Shown here piece after piece: positions 10,806 to 20,954 of a stretch of DNA of 64,000 nucleotides. Made by a program: the position numbers and the translations under genes. Under the pieces are notes generated by a model. It saw only the letters and a list, made by a program, of their open reading frames with translations, did not search any database and was not told the origin of the DNA. Numbering within the stretch: the first letter of the stretch is position 1; the number at the start of each line of letters is the position of its first letter. Source of the stretch: Nitrospirota bacterium (GTDB lineage: Bacteria > Nitrospirota > UBA9217). The stretch is from NCBI GenBank assembly GCA_963751455.1, contig CAVVUN010000015.1, positions 672,001-736,000 of the forward strand, read 5' to 3'.

Positions 10806-11189
10806 CTACGAGCCAATATCGAACGTGTCATATGATCTTCCTGCGAAATCCGTGATGCCGTTATACGGCTGGGCTGCCGATTCGTCTCTCCGGAGACCTC
10901 CCGCGCTTGTTCCTTCCACGGAGGAGATATCCGCTCCTGAGATATCAAATGTGTCATATGACCTGCCCGTAAAATCCGTAACGCCGTTAGAAAGCTCCAT
11001 CATGGAGGCGTCTTCCCGTAACCCCCCTGCGCTGGCTCCCTCTACCGACGAACCTCCGTTCCCAATGTCAAACGTGTCGTACGACTTGCCGGAAAAATCA
11101 GTAACGCCGTTATTCAGTTCAGCAGCATAGGCGGTCCCGAGAGTAAGAGTGAACGCTATTGCGATCATCAGAATATTTATCTTCTTCAT
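10806..11189 (-). CDS. Small secreted protein with three NG(V/I)TDFxG(K/R)SYDTFDI repeats
   Basis: Sec signal peptide MKK...AYA, AAAGGGG RBS, three visible repeats. Confidence 0.75.
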   Translation of the reverse strand: MKKINILMIAIAFTLTLGTAYAAELNNGVTDFSGKSYDTFDIGNGGSSVEGASAGGLREDASMMELSNGVTDFTGRSYDTFDISGADISSVEGTSAGGLRRDESAAQPYNGITDFAGRSYDTFDIGS

Positions 11190-11344
11190 TGTATGCCCCT
11201 TTCTTTGTGATTCTCCGTATCCTTACTACAGTATACCATATCAGGATAAAAACTGTCCTGATTGGTAATGGATGAAAATTCTGCCTTGTCCCTTCAGGGG
11301 CATGCGCTAACGCAGGAATGAAGAAGGCCTTGTTTGGTGTTATC

Positions 11345-11472
11345 CTAAGTGTAGGATATCCTACACTTAGTCAAGCAGACAGTTCAGAGTTTCGCCTAAT
11401 TCCATATTGTCTGTATCTAAGTTATTGTTATTTAATGAGATTAGTGCAGCAATTTATGGCCTAGCCATTGCA
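11345..11472 (+). promoter_or_regulatory. sigma54 promoter with palindromic enhancer and IHF-like site upstream of cusC
   Basis: TGGC-ctagcca-TTGCA at 11457-11472 (GG-N10-GC); perfect 26-bp palindrome 11345-11370 containing TGT-N10-ACA; IHF-like taagttattgtta at 11418-11430. Confidence 0.75.
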
Positions 11473-11495
11473 ATACTTTCCTATAGGAGGTTACC

Positions 11496-12749
11496 ATGCG
11501 TGTTCTGTTTATTGCAATGCTGCTCGCTTTTGCAGCGTCGCCGCTTCCTGCTGAAGAGGCCATGATTACTCTGCAAGACCTGGAGAAGGAGGCGCTCGCC
11601 AACAATCCGGAAATTCTCATGGCGGCAAAGAATGTTGAAGCGGCGGAAAAGCGCGTGACAGTGGCTTCGGCGTTGCCTGACCCTATGATCGGCTACGAGG
11701 TGCAGAACGTCGGCAAACTAAACGATCTGACCATCGGCCAGGAAGAGATGAGCATGAGGGGCATTGTCGTTACGCAGGAAATCCCTTTTCCGGGGAAGCG
11801 TTCGACCATGGGACGGGCAGCAGAAAAGGCGGCCGGGAGGGAACAGCAGAACCTGCGCGAGATGAGGCTAAAGGTCCTGAACAACCTTCGCGCCTCGTAC
11901 TATGGATACTACCTCGCATACCGCTCTGCCGAGATCCTGGAGCAGAACAAGGAGGTCATGAAAAATTTTCAGCGTATCGCGGAGACGCGATACGCCACGG
12001 GCCAGGGTATCCAGCAGGATGTGCTGCGGGCGCAGCTCGAAGTATCGATGCTGCTCGAAAAACTGGCCATGGAAGCGCAGAAGAAAGAAGCGCAGCGCGC
12101 AATGATCAACAATTTCCTTGGCAGAAATCCGCTGGCGCCACTCGGCAAGCCATCGGATAGGCTCAAGACCGCATATGCGGCCAATCTTGACGATCTTGCC
12201 TCACGGGCGGTTTCCCATGCACCGTCCGTGCTTGCGGGACAGAGAATGGTAGAGATGAACGAAGCGGAGCTGTCGCTCAGCAGGTTGGAGTTTCTGCCTG
12301 ACTTTACCGTGTCCGCGGGACGGTTCAGCCGGGGCGACATGACCGACTTCTGGCAGGCGAGCGTGATGGTGAAGGTCCCTCTCTGGTTCTGGAACAAGTC
12401 AGCGGCTGTGAAGGAATCGGCGGCAGAGTTGAGCGCCAGCCGGCATGAGTATGAAGCGCGGAAGCTCATGCTCCTCTCGAAGGTAAAGGACCAGTATACC
12501 ATGGCAAAGACGTCGGAGCAGCTCTTGGGTCTTTACGAGGCGGGCATCATCCCCCAGGCGCAGATGGCGCTCAGGTCGGCCACTTCGAATTATCAAGTCG
12601 GTAAGATCGATTTCCTGATGCTCCTGGACAGCCAGGCGCTTCTGTTCAAATACCAGCTAGCGTACGAGCAGGAACTGGTGAACCTGAATAAGACGATATC
12701 CATGATTTCCGAAATTACCGGAGAAGGAGACCCACTTGATGCAAAATGA
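11496..12749 (+). CDS. cusC: TolC/CusC family outer-membrane efflux protein
   Basis: Signal peptide, NNPEI, LPDP, QEIPFPGK, YQVGKIDF; first gene of an RND triad; GGAGG RBS. Confidence 0.8.
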   Translation: MRVLFIAMLLAFAASPLPAEEAMITLQDLEKEALANNPEILMAAKNVEAAEKRVTVASALPDPMIGYEVQNVGKLNDLTIGQEEMSMRGIVVTQEIPFPGKRSTMGRAAEKAAGREQQNLREMRLKVLNNLRASYYGYYLAYRSAEILEQNKEVMKNFQRIAETRYATGQGIQQDVLRAQLEVSMLLEKLAMEAQKKEAQRAMINNFLGRNPLAPLGKPSDRLKTAYAANLDDLASRAVSHAPSVLAGQRMVEMNEAELSLSRLEFLPDFTVSAGRFSRGDMTDFWQASVMVKVPLWFWNKSAAVKESAAELSASRHEYEARKLMLLSKVKDQYTMAKTSEQLLGLYEAGIIPQAQMALRSATSNYQVGKIDFLMLLDSQALLFKYQLAYEQELVNLNKTISMISEITGEGDPLDAK

Positions 12750-14124
12750 AAATTGCAAAATGAAAAATGCAAAATTGAGTTCGCGGTTCAGTTTGCAGTT
12801 TGCAATTTGCACAGCCTGCACTCACCCTGTACTCGCGCATGCACTCGTAAACACCGGGCGCAGGCTCGTTATCGCTGGGTGCAAGTCTTTGCAATTTGCA
12901 ATGGCCGCGCTGCTTTTTTTTGCTGCTGCGGCCTTCGCCCAGGATCATGCAGGCCATGCGGGCCCTTCTTCGGTACAGGACGCGCCCGCGATAACCGAGC
13001 ATCCCGCGGGGCATGAGCCGTCTCCCGCACCCAAAAAAGAACCGAAGCAGCAGAAAAAGAGCAAAGACAAGACAGCGGTGAAGAAGGAGGCCCCGGCAAG
13101 CCAGGCCCCGGTCACCATAACCGTTAGCGAAGAAAAGCGCCAGCTCATCGGCGTGCGCACAGCCGTGGCCGCTGTCCGCCAGATCGGGAGCCGGATCCGG
13201 ACCGTGGGCAAGGTTGACGTGGATGAGACAAGGCTCGCCTTCGTGAACACGAAGATCGCGGGTTGGGTACGCAAACTCCATGTAGATTACACCGGAAAAG
13301 AGGTAAAAAAAGGAGAGCCGCTCCTGTCCATTTACAGCCCCGACCTTCTCTCCGCCCAGGAAGAATATCTCCTGGCCCTGAAAACGGTTAAGCGTTCCTC
13401 CGTTACTTCCGATTTTCCTGAGTTGGCCGAGTCCCAGGACACTCTTCTCGAATCCGCGAAGCGGCGGCTCCTGCTGTGGGACATAACTTCCGAGCAGATA
13501 GCCGAGCTTGAGAAGACCGGCAAGCCCCGGACCGAGATGACGATCCAGGCGCCTATCGACGGCATCGTGCTCGAGAAGATGGTCCTTGATGGCGCCTATA
13601 TCATGCCCGGGATGAACCTTTACAAGATCGCCGATCTTTCAACCGTCTGGATCCTCGCGGACGTGTATGAATACGAAGTGCCCCTCGTTCGTGTCGGACA
13701 GACGGCGCAGGTGGACCTGTCGTACAATCCGGGCAGGCCGTTCACAGCGAGGGTCAGTTACATCTATCCGACAGTGGACCCCATGACGAGAACCGTGAAG
13801 GTGCGGCTCGAAGTGGGCAATGCCGGCATGATGCTCAAGCCGGACATGTTCGCGAATGTGGAAATTGCATCGGGCGCAGGAGCCAGGTTGGCAATCCCGA
13901 CAGAGGCCGTTCTGGACGCCGGTCCACGGAAGATCGTGTATGTCGAGAAGGACCCCGGCGTGTATGAAATGCGGGATGTGACGCTCGGTGTCCGCGGCGA
14001 AGGGTATGTGGAAGTAGTCAAGGGCGTTAAAAAAGGCGAGCGTGTCGTGACATCCGGGAATTTCCTGCTCGATTCCGAAAGCCAGCTGAGGGCAGGACCG
14101 TCGGGGGGAGGACACCAGCATTAA
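12739..14124 (+). CDS. cusB: CusB-type RND periplasmic adaptor
   Basis: GWVRKLHVDYTG..VKKGEPLLSIYSPDL..AQEEY, APIDG, LKPDMFA, SGNFLLDSES, His-rich ends; ATG 12739 follows AAGGAGA, true start uncertain. Confidence 0.85.
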   Translation: MQNENCKMKNAKLSSRFSLQFAICTACTHPVLAHALVNTGRRLVIAGCKSLQFAMAALLFFAAAAFAQDHAGHAGPSSVQDAPAITEHPAGHEPSPAPKKEPKQQKKSKDKTAVKKEAPASQAPVTITVSEEKRQLIGVRTAVAAVRQIGSRIRTVGKVDVDETRLAFVNTKIAGWVRKLHVDYTGKEVKKGEPLLSIYSPDLLSAQEEYLLALKTVKRSSVTSDFPELAESQDTLLESAKRRLLLWDITSEQIAELEKTGKPRTEMTIQAPIDGIVLEKMVLDGAYIMPGMNLYKIADLSTVWILADVYEYEVPLVRVGQTAQVDLSYNPGRPFTARVSYIYPTVDPMTRTVKVRLEVGNAGMMLKPDMFANVEIASGAGARLAIPTEAVLDAGPRKIVYVEKDPGVYEMRDVTLGVRGEGYVEVVKGVKKGERVVTSGNFLLDSESQLRAGPSGGGHQH

Positions 14125-14134
14125 GTAGCATTAA

Positions 14135-14228
14135 GTTTATCGGTTTTTCTGGTTTGTCTCGTTCATCTTGTTAACGCCGAAACCAAATAAACCATACAAA
14201 CCAAAACAAACCCAACAAACAGATTTAT
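14135..14228. repeat. Inverted pair of 9-mer tandem repeats (AAACCAnAn type)
   Basis: tttatcggt ttttctggt ttgtctcgt mirrored by aaaccaaat aaaccatac aaaccaaaa; same type recurs at 17380-17467. Confidence 0.7.
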
Positions 14229-14239
14229 CCGGAGTAATC

Positions 14240-17200
14240 ATGTTAGCTAAAATCATAGATCTCTCGGCACGAAACAAATTCCTCGTGTTTATCGCGGTAG
14301 TCTTTCTGATCGCATGGGGTGTCTGGGCGGTCTACAACACGCCGCTGGACGCGATCCCTGACCTCTCCGATGTACAGGTGATCGTCTATACCGAATGGAC
14401 CGGCAGGAGCCCGGACCTGGTTGAGGACCAGATCACCTATCCGATCGTGTCCACGCTGCTGGCAGCGCCGAAAGTAAAGGTGGTGCGCGGCAAGTCCTTT
14501 CTCGGGGTCTCTTTTGTCTATGCGATCTTTCAGGACGGCACCGATATCTATTGGGCCCGAAGCCGCGTGCTGGAGTACCTCCAAGGCGTTACCGGGAGGC
14601 TGCCCTCGGGCGTGATCCCGGTGCTCGGCCCCGACGCCACCGGCGTGGGCTGGGGGTTCCAGTACGCGCTCGTGGATGAAACCGGCAAGCACGATCTCGC
14701 GCAGCTTCGCTCGCTTCAGGATTGGACGCTCAAATACGCCCTTGCATCGGTGCCGGGCGTATCCGAAGTGGCGAGCGTAGGAGGTTTCGTAAAGCAGTAC
14801 CAGATCACTGTGGAACCGAATAAGACCCACGCCTACAACCTGTCCCTGATGAAGATCATGGAAGCTGTCCGCAGAAGCAACAGCGATGTCGAGGGCCGCG
14901 TAATCGAATGGTCCGGCAGGGAGTACATGATCAGGGGCCGCGGCTACATCAAAGACAAGACCGATGTCGAAAAGATCGTCGTCGGCAGCAATAAAGGCAC
15001 TCCCATTCTCCTCCGTGATGTCGCCGCGGTTCAACTAGGGCCTGAGATGCGGCGGGGCGCAGGCGAGCTCGACGGCAAAGGAGAGACCGTCGGCGGCATT
15101 GTAGTCGTCAGATTCGGTGAAAATGTGCTCGGCGTGATCGAGCGGGCGAAGGAAAAGATTAAAGAGATCGAGCAGACCCTGCCTGAGGGAGTAAAGATCG
15201 TTACGACGTATGACCGGTCCGAACTCATTCACCGTTCAGTGGACACGCTTCGTGAAGAAGTGATCAAGCTGGGAGTCGCCGTTAGTGTCGTGTGCATTAT
15301 TTTTCTCTTCCATCTTCCAAGCGCTCTTGTCGTTATTCTGACCCTTCCGATCGCAATTCTTATCTCATTCATCTGTATGTACTATTTGGGGATCAGTTCG
15401 AACATCATGAGTCTCTCCGGCATCGCGATAGCGATCGGCGCCATGGTAGATGCGTCGATCATCATGGTGGAGAACGCTCATAAAAAACTTGAGGATTGGG
15501 ACATGGGCAAGAGTCACGGGTCGAGGGTAGACGTGATTATCGATGCGGCTAAGGAAGTGGGGCCTTCGCTGTTCTTCTCTCTTTTGGTCATTACCGTCGG
15601 GTTTCTGCCCGTGTTTACGCTGGAGGAGCAGGCGGGGAGATTGTTCAAGCCTCTCGCGTATACAAAGACGTTTTCAATGTTGTTTGCCAGCTTTCTGGCG
15701 ATCACACTCACGCCGGTGCTGATGACGCTTCTCATCAGGGGCAAAATCACGCACGAGGATCATAATCCGATCAGCCGTTTCCTCATCAGGATCTATCATC
15801 CCGTTGCGGAATTTTCATTGAAATACAGAAAACTGGTCATCATTGCCGCTATTGTGATCGTAATTGTCACAGTTTTTCCGTTCTCGAAGCTCGGTTCTGA
15901 ATTCATGCCGCCACTCTACGAGGGGACCCTCCTGTTCATGCCGTCGGCGCTTCCGGGCGCTTCGATAACGACCGTAACCGACGTGCTCCAGGCGCAGGAC
16001 CGTATTTTGAAAGAGTTCCCCGAGGTGGAACGGGTCTTCGGTAAAGCAGGTCGCGCCGAAACGCCCACGGACCCGGCGCCGCTTGAGATGTTCGAGACCA
16101 ATGTAACGATGAAACCCATGAACGAGTGGCGGCCCCAGTTCAAAAAAATGGAGGACCTGCGCGACGAGATGGACAACGCGCTTACAATGCCCGGCATTGC
16201 CAATACGTGGACCATGCCGATCATCGGCAGGATCGACATGCTTTCCACGGGGATCAGAACTCCCTTAGGCATCAAGATCTTCGGTCCCCGTCTTGACGAG
16301 ATAGAGCGGATCGGCCTGGACGTGGAGCAGACCATCCGGAACGTGCCGGGCACGCGGGGCGTCTATGCGGAACGGGCCAATACCGGTTACTTCCTCGACT
16401 TTACGATAAAACGGGATGAGATCGCCCGCTATGGCCTTACGATCGATGATGTTCAGGGCATCATTCAATCATCCATAGGCGGCATGAATCTTACCACTAC
16501 CGTGGAGGGAAGGGAGCGGTATCCCGTAAATATCCGCTACCCGCGTGAACTTCGGGATGATGTCGAGAAACTGCAACGGGTCCTCGTGCCGCTCATGGAC
16601 GGCAATCATATTCCCCTGGTGCAGCTTGCCGATATCAAGGTAACACGGGGCCCCGGCCTGATCCAGAGTGAAGGCGGAAGGCTTACGGCGAATGTCACGC
16701 TCCACATCGCAGGCAGCGATTTCGGCGGGTACGTGAAAACCGCGCAAAAGGCCATTGCCGATAACGTAAAACTGCCTGCAGGGTACTCGTTGAAATGGTC
16801 TGGCCAATACGAGTACATGGAGAACGTAAAACAGAAGCTTTTTTATGTTATCCCTCTTACGCTCCTCATTATCATCGTACTTATATACATCAATACCGGT
16901 TCATGGACGAAGACCTCAATCGTGCTGCTAGCTGTTCCGTTCTCGCTGGTCGGCACGGTCTGGCTGCTGTACTTGCTTGGGTACCACATAAGCACAGCGG
17001 TCTGGGTTGGCGTTATCGCGCTGGCCGGCTTGGATGCCGAGACCGGGATCGTGATGCTCCTCTACCTCGATCTGTCATATAACCGTGGCGTCAGGAAGGA
17101 CGGATCAGCACACTCAGGGACATCGAAGACGCAGTCATGGAGGGCGCGGTCAAGCGGATCCGGCCCAAAATCATGACCGTCTCGGTGATCCTGGCCGGGC

Positions 17201-17367
17201 TCGTCCCGATCATGTTCTCGACGGGGACCGGCGCGGACGTGATGAAGCGGATCGCCGCACCCATGGTCGGCGGCGTGGTGACATCCACAATCCTCGAACT
17301 TATCATTTATCCTGCGATTTATGTGATCTGGAAGGAACGGGAGCTGAGAAAAGTGCGTGAGGCGTAA
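14240..17367 (+). pseudogene. cusA: CusA/CzcA heavy-metal RND permease with a 1-nt frameshift near 17085
   Basis: LDAIPDLSDVQVI, GPDATGVGW; the frame breaks at aac-cg|tgg, and the second frame continues WRQEGR...EGAVKRIRPKIMT...MKRIAAPMVGG. Confidence 0.85.
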
Positions 17368-17470
17368 AGAAGTATACAGTCATCTGGTTTGTTTGGTTAA
17401 TTTAGTTTATTTGGTTAGTGGTTCCTATATTCCAAACCAGATAAACCAGTTAAACGACACAAACCATTAA

Positions 17471-18145
17471 TTACTTCGTTTTCGGTGCGCGCGCCGCGTC
17501 GAAGCGTTTGAGGTAATCGCTGCACATCCGGTCCGCGTCGCAGCCGAGCGCTTTTGCATACAACGTCAGGAACCCGCGCGTGTAGGGCCGGACCGGAAGC
17601 TTCTCAAAATTTTCTTCCTCGATCAATTCCAGATACCGGATCCCGACCTTCGTTATGTCCGCAATGTTCCGCAGGGTCATCCCGCGTTGTTCCCGCAGCA
17701 TCTTTATGGCGCTGCCCGAAAATTCCGCTATAAATTGAGAGACGACCGATTCTCCGGATTTCGACCTGTCCGTGCCGGCCGGCTCGCAGGCATTTGTGCC
17801 GACAAAGCGATTTTCCGAGGGAAGAGAGAATGAAGACTGCACGACCTGCGGCTGGTATTTGGGGGCCGGCGCCGGCGTCTCTTCAGGAAGCTCTTCTCGG
17901 CGAGACTGCAGCTTAGCGTCGTACCTTCTCCGGTTATCCTCATACAACAGCGTGCGGTATGCCTCCTCGATGCGCTGATGTATGGCTGTCGTTTCTTCCG
18001 CATTGAAGAGCGAATAAAGGGCGATCGAGTTCGGATCATACACCCGCCGGATCCGCTCGTACGCCTTGTGAATTTCCTGGGGGGATGATGCGGGACTCAC
18101 TTCCAGCAGTTCGTAATAATTCAGGTCTTCAATTTTTTTAACCAT
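17471..18145 (-). CDS. DnaJ-like N-terminal domain fused to RodZ-type HTH
   Basis: NYYELLEVSP.SS.QEI.KAY...IEEAYRTL...RRRYD (HPD replaced by YDP) plus LREQRGMTL..IADITKV..RYL..IEEE.F..LP...Y.RGFL..YAK.LG. Confidence 0.8.
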   Translation of the reverse strand: MVKKIEDLNYYELLEVSPASSPQEIHKAYERIRRVYDPNSIALYSLFNAEETTAIHQRIEEAYRTLLYEDNRRRYDAKLQSRREELPEETPAPAPKYQPQVVQSSFSLPSENRFVGTNACEPAGTDRSKSGESVVSQFIAEFSGSAIKMLREQRGMTLRNIADITKVGIRYLELIEEENFEKLPVRPYTRGFLTLYAKALGCDADRMCSDYLKRFDAARAPKTK

Positions 18146-18161
18146 GGACCGGCTTCCTCTT

Positions 18162-19106
18162 TCAGTACAGCATGCTTACGGTAAGCTGCTCTTTTTTGAG
18201 CAGGTTGTGAACGATCCGTTCCAGGCAGCGTGAAGGCCTCGAATAGGGGTATTCGACCGCGAGCGGCCGTTTGCTCCGAATCGACTGCCACACGCAATCG
18301 TCGTATTCCACATATCCCAGGTACTCCAGATGAATGCCGAAGTATTTCTGGCAGGCGCTTTTCATTGAAAATCCGATCTGGATGTCGGTTTTGGACCTTA
18401 CCTGGTTTACCACCAGCTTCGGCTTGAATTTCATGACTTCCAGCTCCAGGATTTCGCCGACCTCCCGTTCCATTGTTTTTACCCGTTCTATCAGATCGTA
18501 CGGCGTGCGAATGCCCATGGCGTTCTTCTGGTCCATGGCCGCGTCGATCAGGTCCTTTATCCCCTGGTGGGTCACGACTTTCTTGAAGCGGCGGTAGAAG
18601 GCGCTCTTGATGAACCGGTATGCGTTTTCGATGGCGGTCGGTTCCGGCAGCACAACAAGAATGCCGTGGTCGGAGAAGAGAAAAAAATCGAGGATATTGA
18701 ACGACGTTCCTGCGCCGAGGTCCAGCAGGATATAGTCCGCGTCGAGTGTCTCGAGGTGTCTGAGCAGCCGCGCTTTCTGCGCAAAATTGGGATTGGCGGC
18801 ATCCAGGAAGTCCTGGGCGCCGCTGATGAGACTCAGGTTCGGGATGCCTGTCTTGATGATGATGTCCTGGATGTTTTCGACGCGCCGGTTCAGAAAATCG
18901 GAAAGTGTTATGTCGGGCACACCGATCCCGAGGGTGGTATGCAGGTTCGCGCCGCCGAGATCGGCATCCACGAGCAGAACCTTTTTCTTCAGGCGGGCAA
19001 GCAAAATGCCGATGTTTCCGGTGATCAGGCTTTTGCCGATCCCGCCTTTTCCGCCGCCGATAGCCCAGATTTCTTTTTTGCGCAGGACATCCTGGATGTC
19101 GATCAT
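18162..19106 (-). CDS. MinD/FlhG/ParA family ATPase
   Basis: Deviant Walker A GGKGGIGKS, DADLGGANL, LLDLGAG, PEPTAIENAY. Confidence 0.88.
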   Translation of the reverse strand: MIDIQDVLRKKEIWAIGGGKGGIGKSLITGNIGILLARLKKKVLLVDADLGGANLHTTLGIGVPDITLSDFLNRRVENIQDIIIKTGIPNLSLISGAQDFLDAANPNFAQKARLLRHLETLDADYILLDLGAGTSFNILDFFLFSDHGILVVLPEPTAIENAYRFIKSAFYRRFKKVVTHQGIKDLIDAAMDQKNAMGIRTPYDLIERVKTMEREVGEILELEVMKFKPKLVVNQVRSKTDIQIGFSMKSACQKYFGIHLEYLGYVEYDDCVWQSIRSKRPLAVEYPYSRPSRCLERIVHNLLKKEQLTVSMLY

Positions 19107-19756
19107 CCCGTGGTACTCTCCTCTGTTGCCGCGGCGACAGCGCTGCCGTCTTCAGCCGCCGAGGCCCCTTCGGGGGCCGGTTCCGGGTTCGCGTCTTCAA
19201 CAGGAATTTCCTCCATGACCTCCTCGCCGGCCTCCAACTCCTGAAATTCCTTTAACGTCGGCAGCGCGGACAGGTCCTTCATGCCGAAGTACTGAAGGAA
19301 GTCCGGAGTGGTCCCGTACAGCATCGGTTTGCCCGGTACGTCCTTCTTGCCGACGATCTTGACGAGGCGGCGTTCCATCAGGTTGCGCATGATGCCGCCG
19401 ATATTCACCCCCCGGACGGCCTCCACTTCAGTGCGTGTGATCGGCTGCTTATACGCCACGATCGCCAGCGTCTCGAGCGCCGGTCTCGAGAGCCTGGCGG
19501 ATACCTTTACTGATTTGAATTTCCGTATCCAGCCGGCTGTCTCCGGTCTTGTGGCGAATTGATAGCCTCCCGCCACTTCCGCGAGCATGATCCCGGCATT
19601 TCGGGCGTCGTATTCCCGGACGAGTTCCTGGAGCTGCGCTTCGATCTGTCCGGCAGCCGTCTCTTCAAAGATTCCGGTCAGCCTGTCCACGGACACGGGA
19701 TTGCCGGCCACGAACAGCAGCGCCTCGATTGCAGATTTCAGTTCATGATCTTCCAA
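19103..19756 (-). CDS. scpB: SMC-Scp complex subunit ScpB
   Basis: IEALLFVA, EVAGGYQF.TRP, LSRPALETLAIVAYKQPITRTEVEAVRGV, GKPMLYGTT..FL..FG; TTG start after AAGGAG. Confidence 0.95.
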   Translation of the reverse strand: MEDHELKSAIEALLFVAGNPVSVDRLTGIFEETAAGQIEAQLQELVREYDARNAGIMLAEVAGGYQFATRPETAGWIRKFKSVKVSARLSRPALETLAIVAYKQPITRTEVEAVRGVNIGGIMRNLMERRLVKIVGKKDVPGKPMLYGTTPDFLQYFGMKDLSALPTLKEFQELEAGEEVMEEIPVEDANPEPAPEGASAAEDGSAVAAATEESTTG

Positions 19757-19906
19757 GTCAAACTCCTTTGACACCGCATAGCGCACACCCTGCACTCGCG
19801 CGATCGCACTCATAAACGCTGGGTGCAAGGGGGCATGGCGCAAAGCGAAAATTCCGTCGGTTGTGCTCTTTGCGCTCTGCGCTCTGCTCTCTGCGCATTG
19901 CATCTG

Positions 19907-20755
19907 TTACATTCCCGCCGGATCGCCCATCCTGCCAAGGGCAACCTTGGCGTTCATTTTGACATCGAGGTCCGTCGACAGCTCCATGATCTTCCGGATC
20001 TTCGGCAGAGCCTCTTTTACGATTTGCGGGTTGGAACTGCCGATATTGTCGAGCGCGGCGACCGCGTTCTTTACGGCATTCGGATGGCCGCTGTCGAGAT
20101 AGGCCATGAGACGGGGCACGAGGCCCGCCACTTCTGCCGGGTAATGGAGGCCGATGGCGCCGAGCGCAAACAGGACCCCGCCGCAGGTGGCTTCTTTGGA
20201 GAACTCGAGCACTTCGATGAGCTTCGGCAGAATACCGCGGATCAATTCAGGGGCATTGATGCCGATCTTGCCGAGGGCATGGGAGACTGCTTCACGTTCG
20301 TCGTCATCGCCCCGTTCCAGCATCTCAATCAGATGCGGGACCGTGTCCCTGACAATGTCCGTATGGGCGAAGCCGATATTTCCGAGAGCATAGGCCGCTT
20401 CCTGCCGCACGAGGCTCTGCTCGTGGCGCAGCATTGCTTTCAGCTTCGGAGCGGCACTTGCGGCTGAATCCTTAAAATTAAACCCCAGGTTCCCGACTGC
20501 GTTTGCCGCGTCGATCTTGATGAACATGTCCGGTTCGTCGAGAAGCGCGATCAATACCGGGAGATGCGGCCGCGTGTCCTGCGGATAATCAAAGCCGACC
20601 CGGGACAGCAGGTTCAATGCCCCTGAACGAATATCGCCGTTCTTTTCCCGAAGCAGGCCGACCAGCTCGCCTATCAGGGACCGGTCCTCGTAGACAGCGG
20701 TCTCTATCGCTCCGAATTTTTTTTGAAGGGCTAGCGCTTTTATGTCGGGTTTCAT
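19907..20755 (-). CDS. HEAT-repeat protein
   Basis: About 6 repeats of the form P.L..LL....VR..AA.ALG.IG. Confidence 0.85.
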   Translation of the reverse strand: MKPDIKALALQKKFGAIETAVYEDRSLIGELVGLLREKNGDIRSGALNLLSRVGFDYPQDTRPHLPVLIALLDEPDMFIKIDAANAVGNLGFNFKDSAASAAPKLKAMLRHEQSLVRQEAAYALGNIGFAHTDIVRDTVPHLIEMLERGDDDEREAVSHALGKIGINAPELIRGILPKLIEVLEFSKEATCGGVLFALGAIGLHYPAEVAGLVPRLMAYLDSGHPNAVKNAVAALDNIGSSNPQIVKEALPKIRKIMELSTDLDVKMNAKVALGRMGDPAGM

Positions 20756-20769
20756 AAGATTAAATCTCG

Positions 20770-20938
20770 TAGCCACAGAGAGCATAGAGACTGCAGAGAA
20801 ATGCCCTTAAATCACTGAATGTTCCACTATCGGAACAGTGTTTTTTTTCATGAAGCTCAGGAGTAATTATAAGCGTTTCAAATATAAAAAATCTTTCAAT
20901 AAGGAGATCTCTCTGTGAACTCGGTGTCCTCTGTGGCA
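20770..20938. repeat. Inverted 9-mer repeat element (CACAGAG type)
   Basis: gccacagag agcatagag actgcagag mirrored by ctctgtgaactcggtgtcctctgtggc; near-identical arm at 32657-32683. Confidence 0.75.
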
Positions 20939-20954
20939 AAATGCTTTTAAGGAT

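Noticed and set aside
17081-17100. Programmed frameshift in cusA
   Set aside because: No slippery sequence or stimulatory structure
18121-19200. 359-aa Arg-rich alternative-frame ORF
   Set aside because: Overlaps the MinD-like gene on the same strand and has non-protein-like composition
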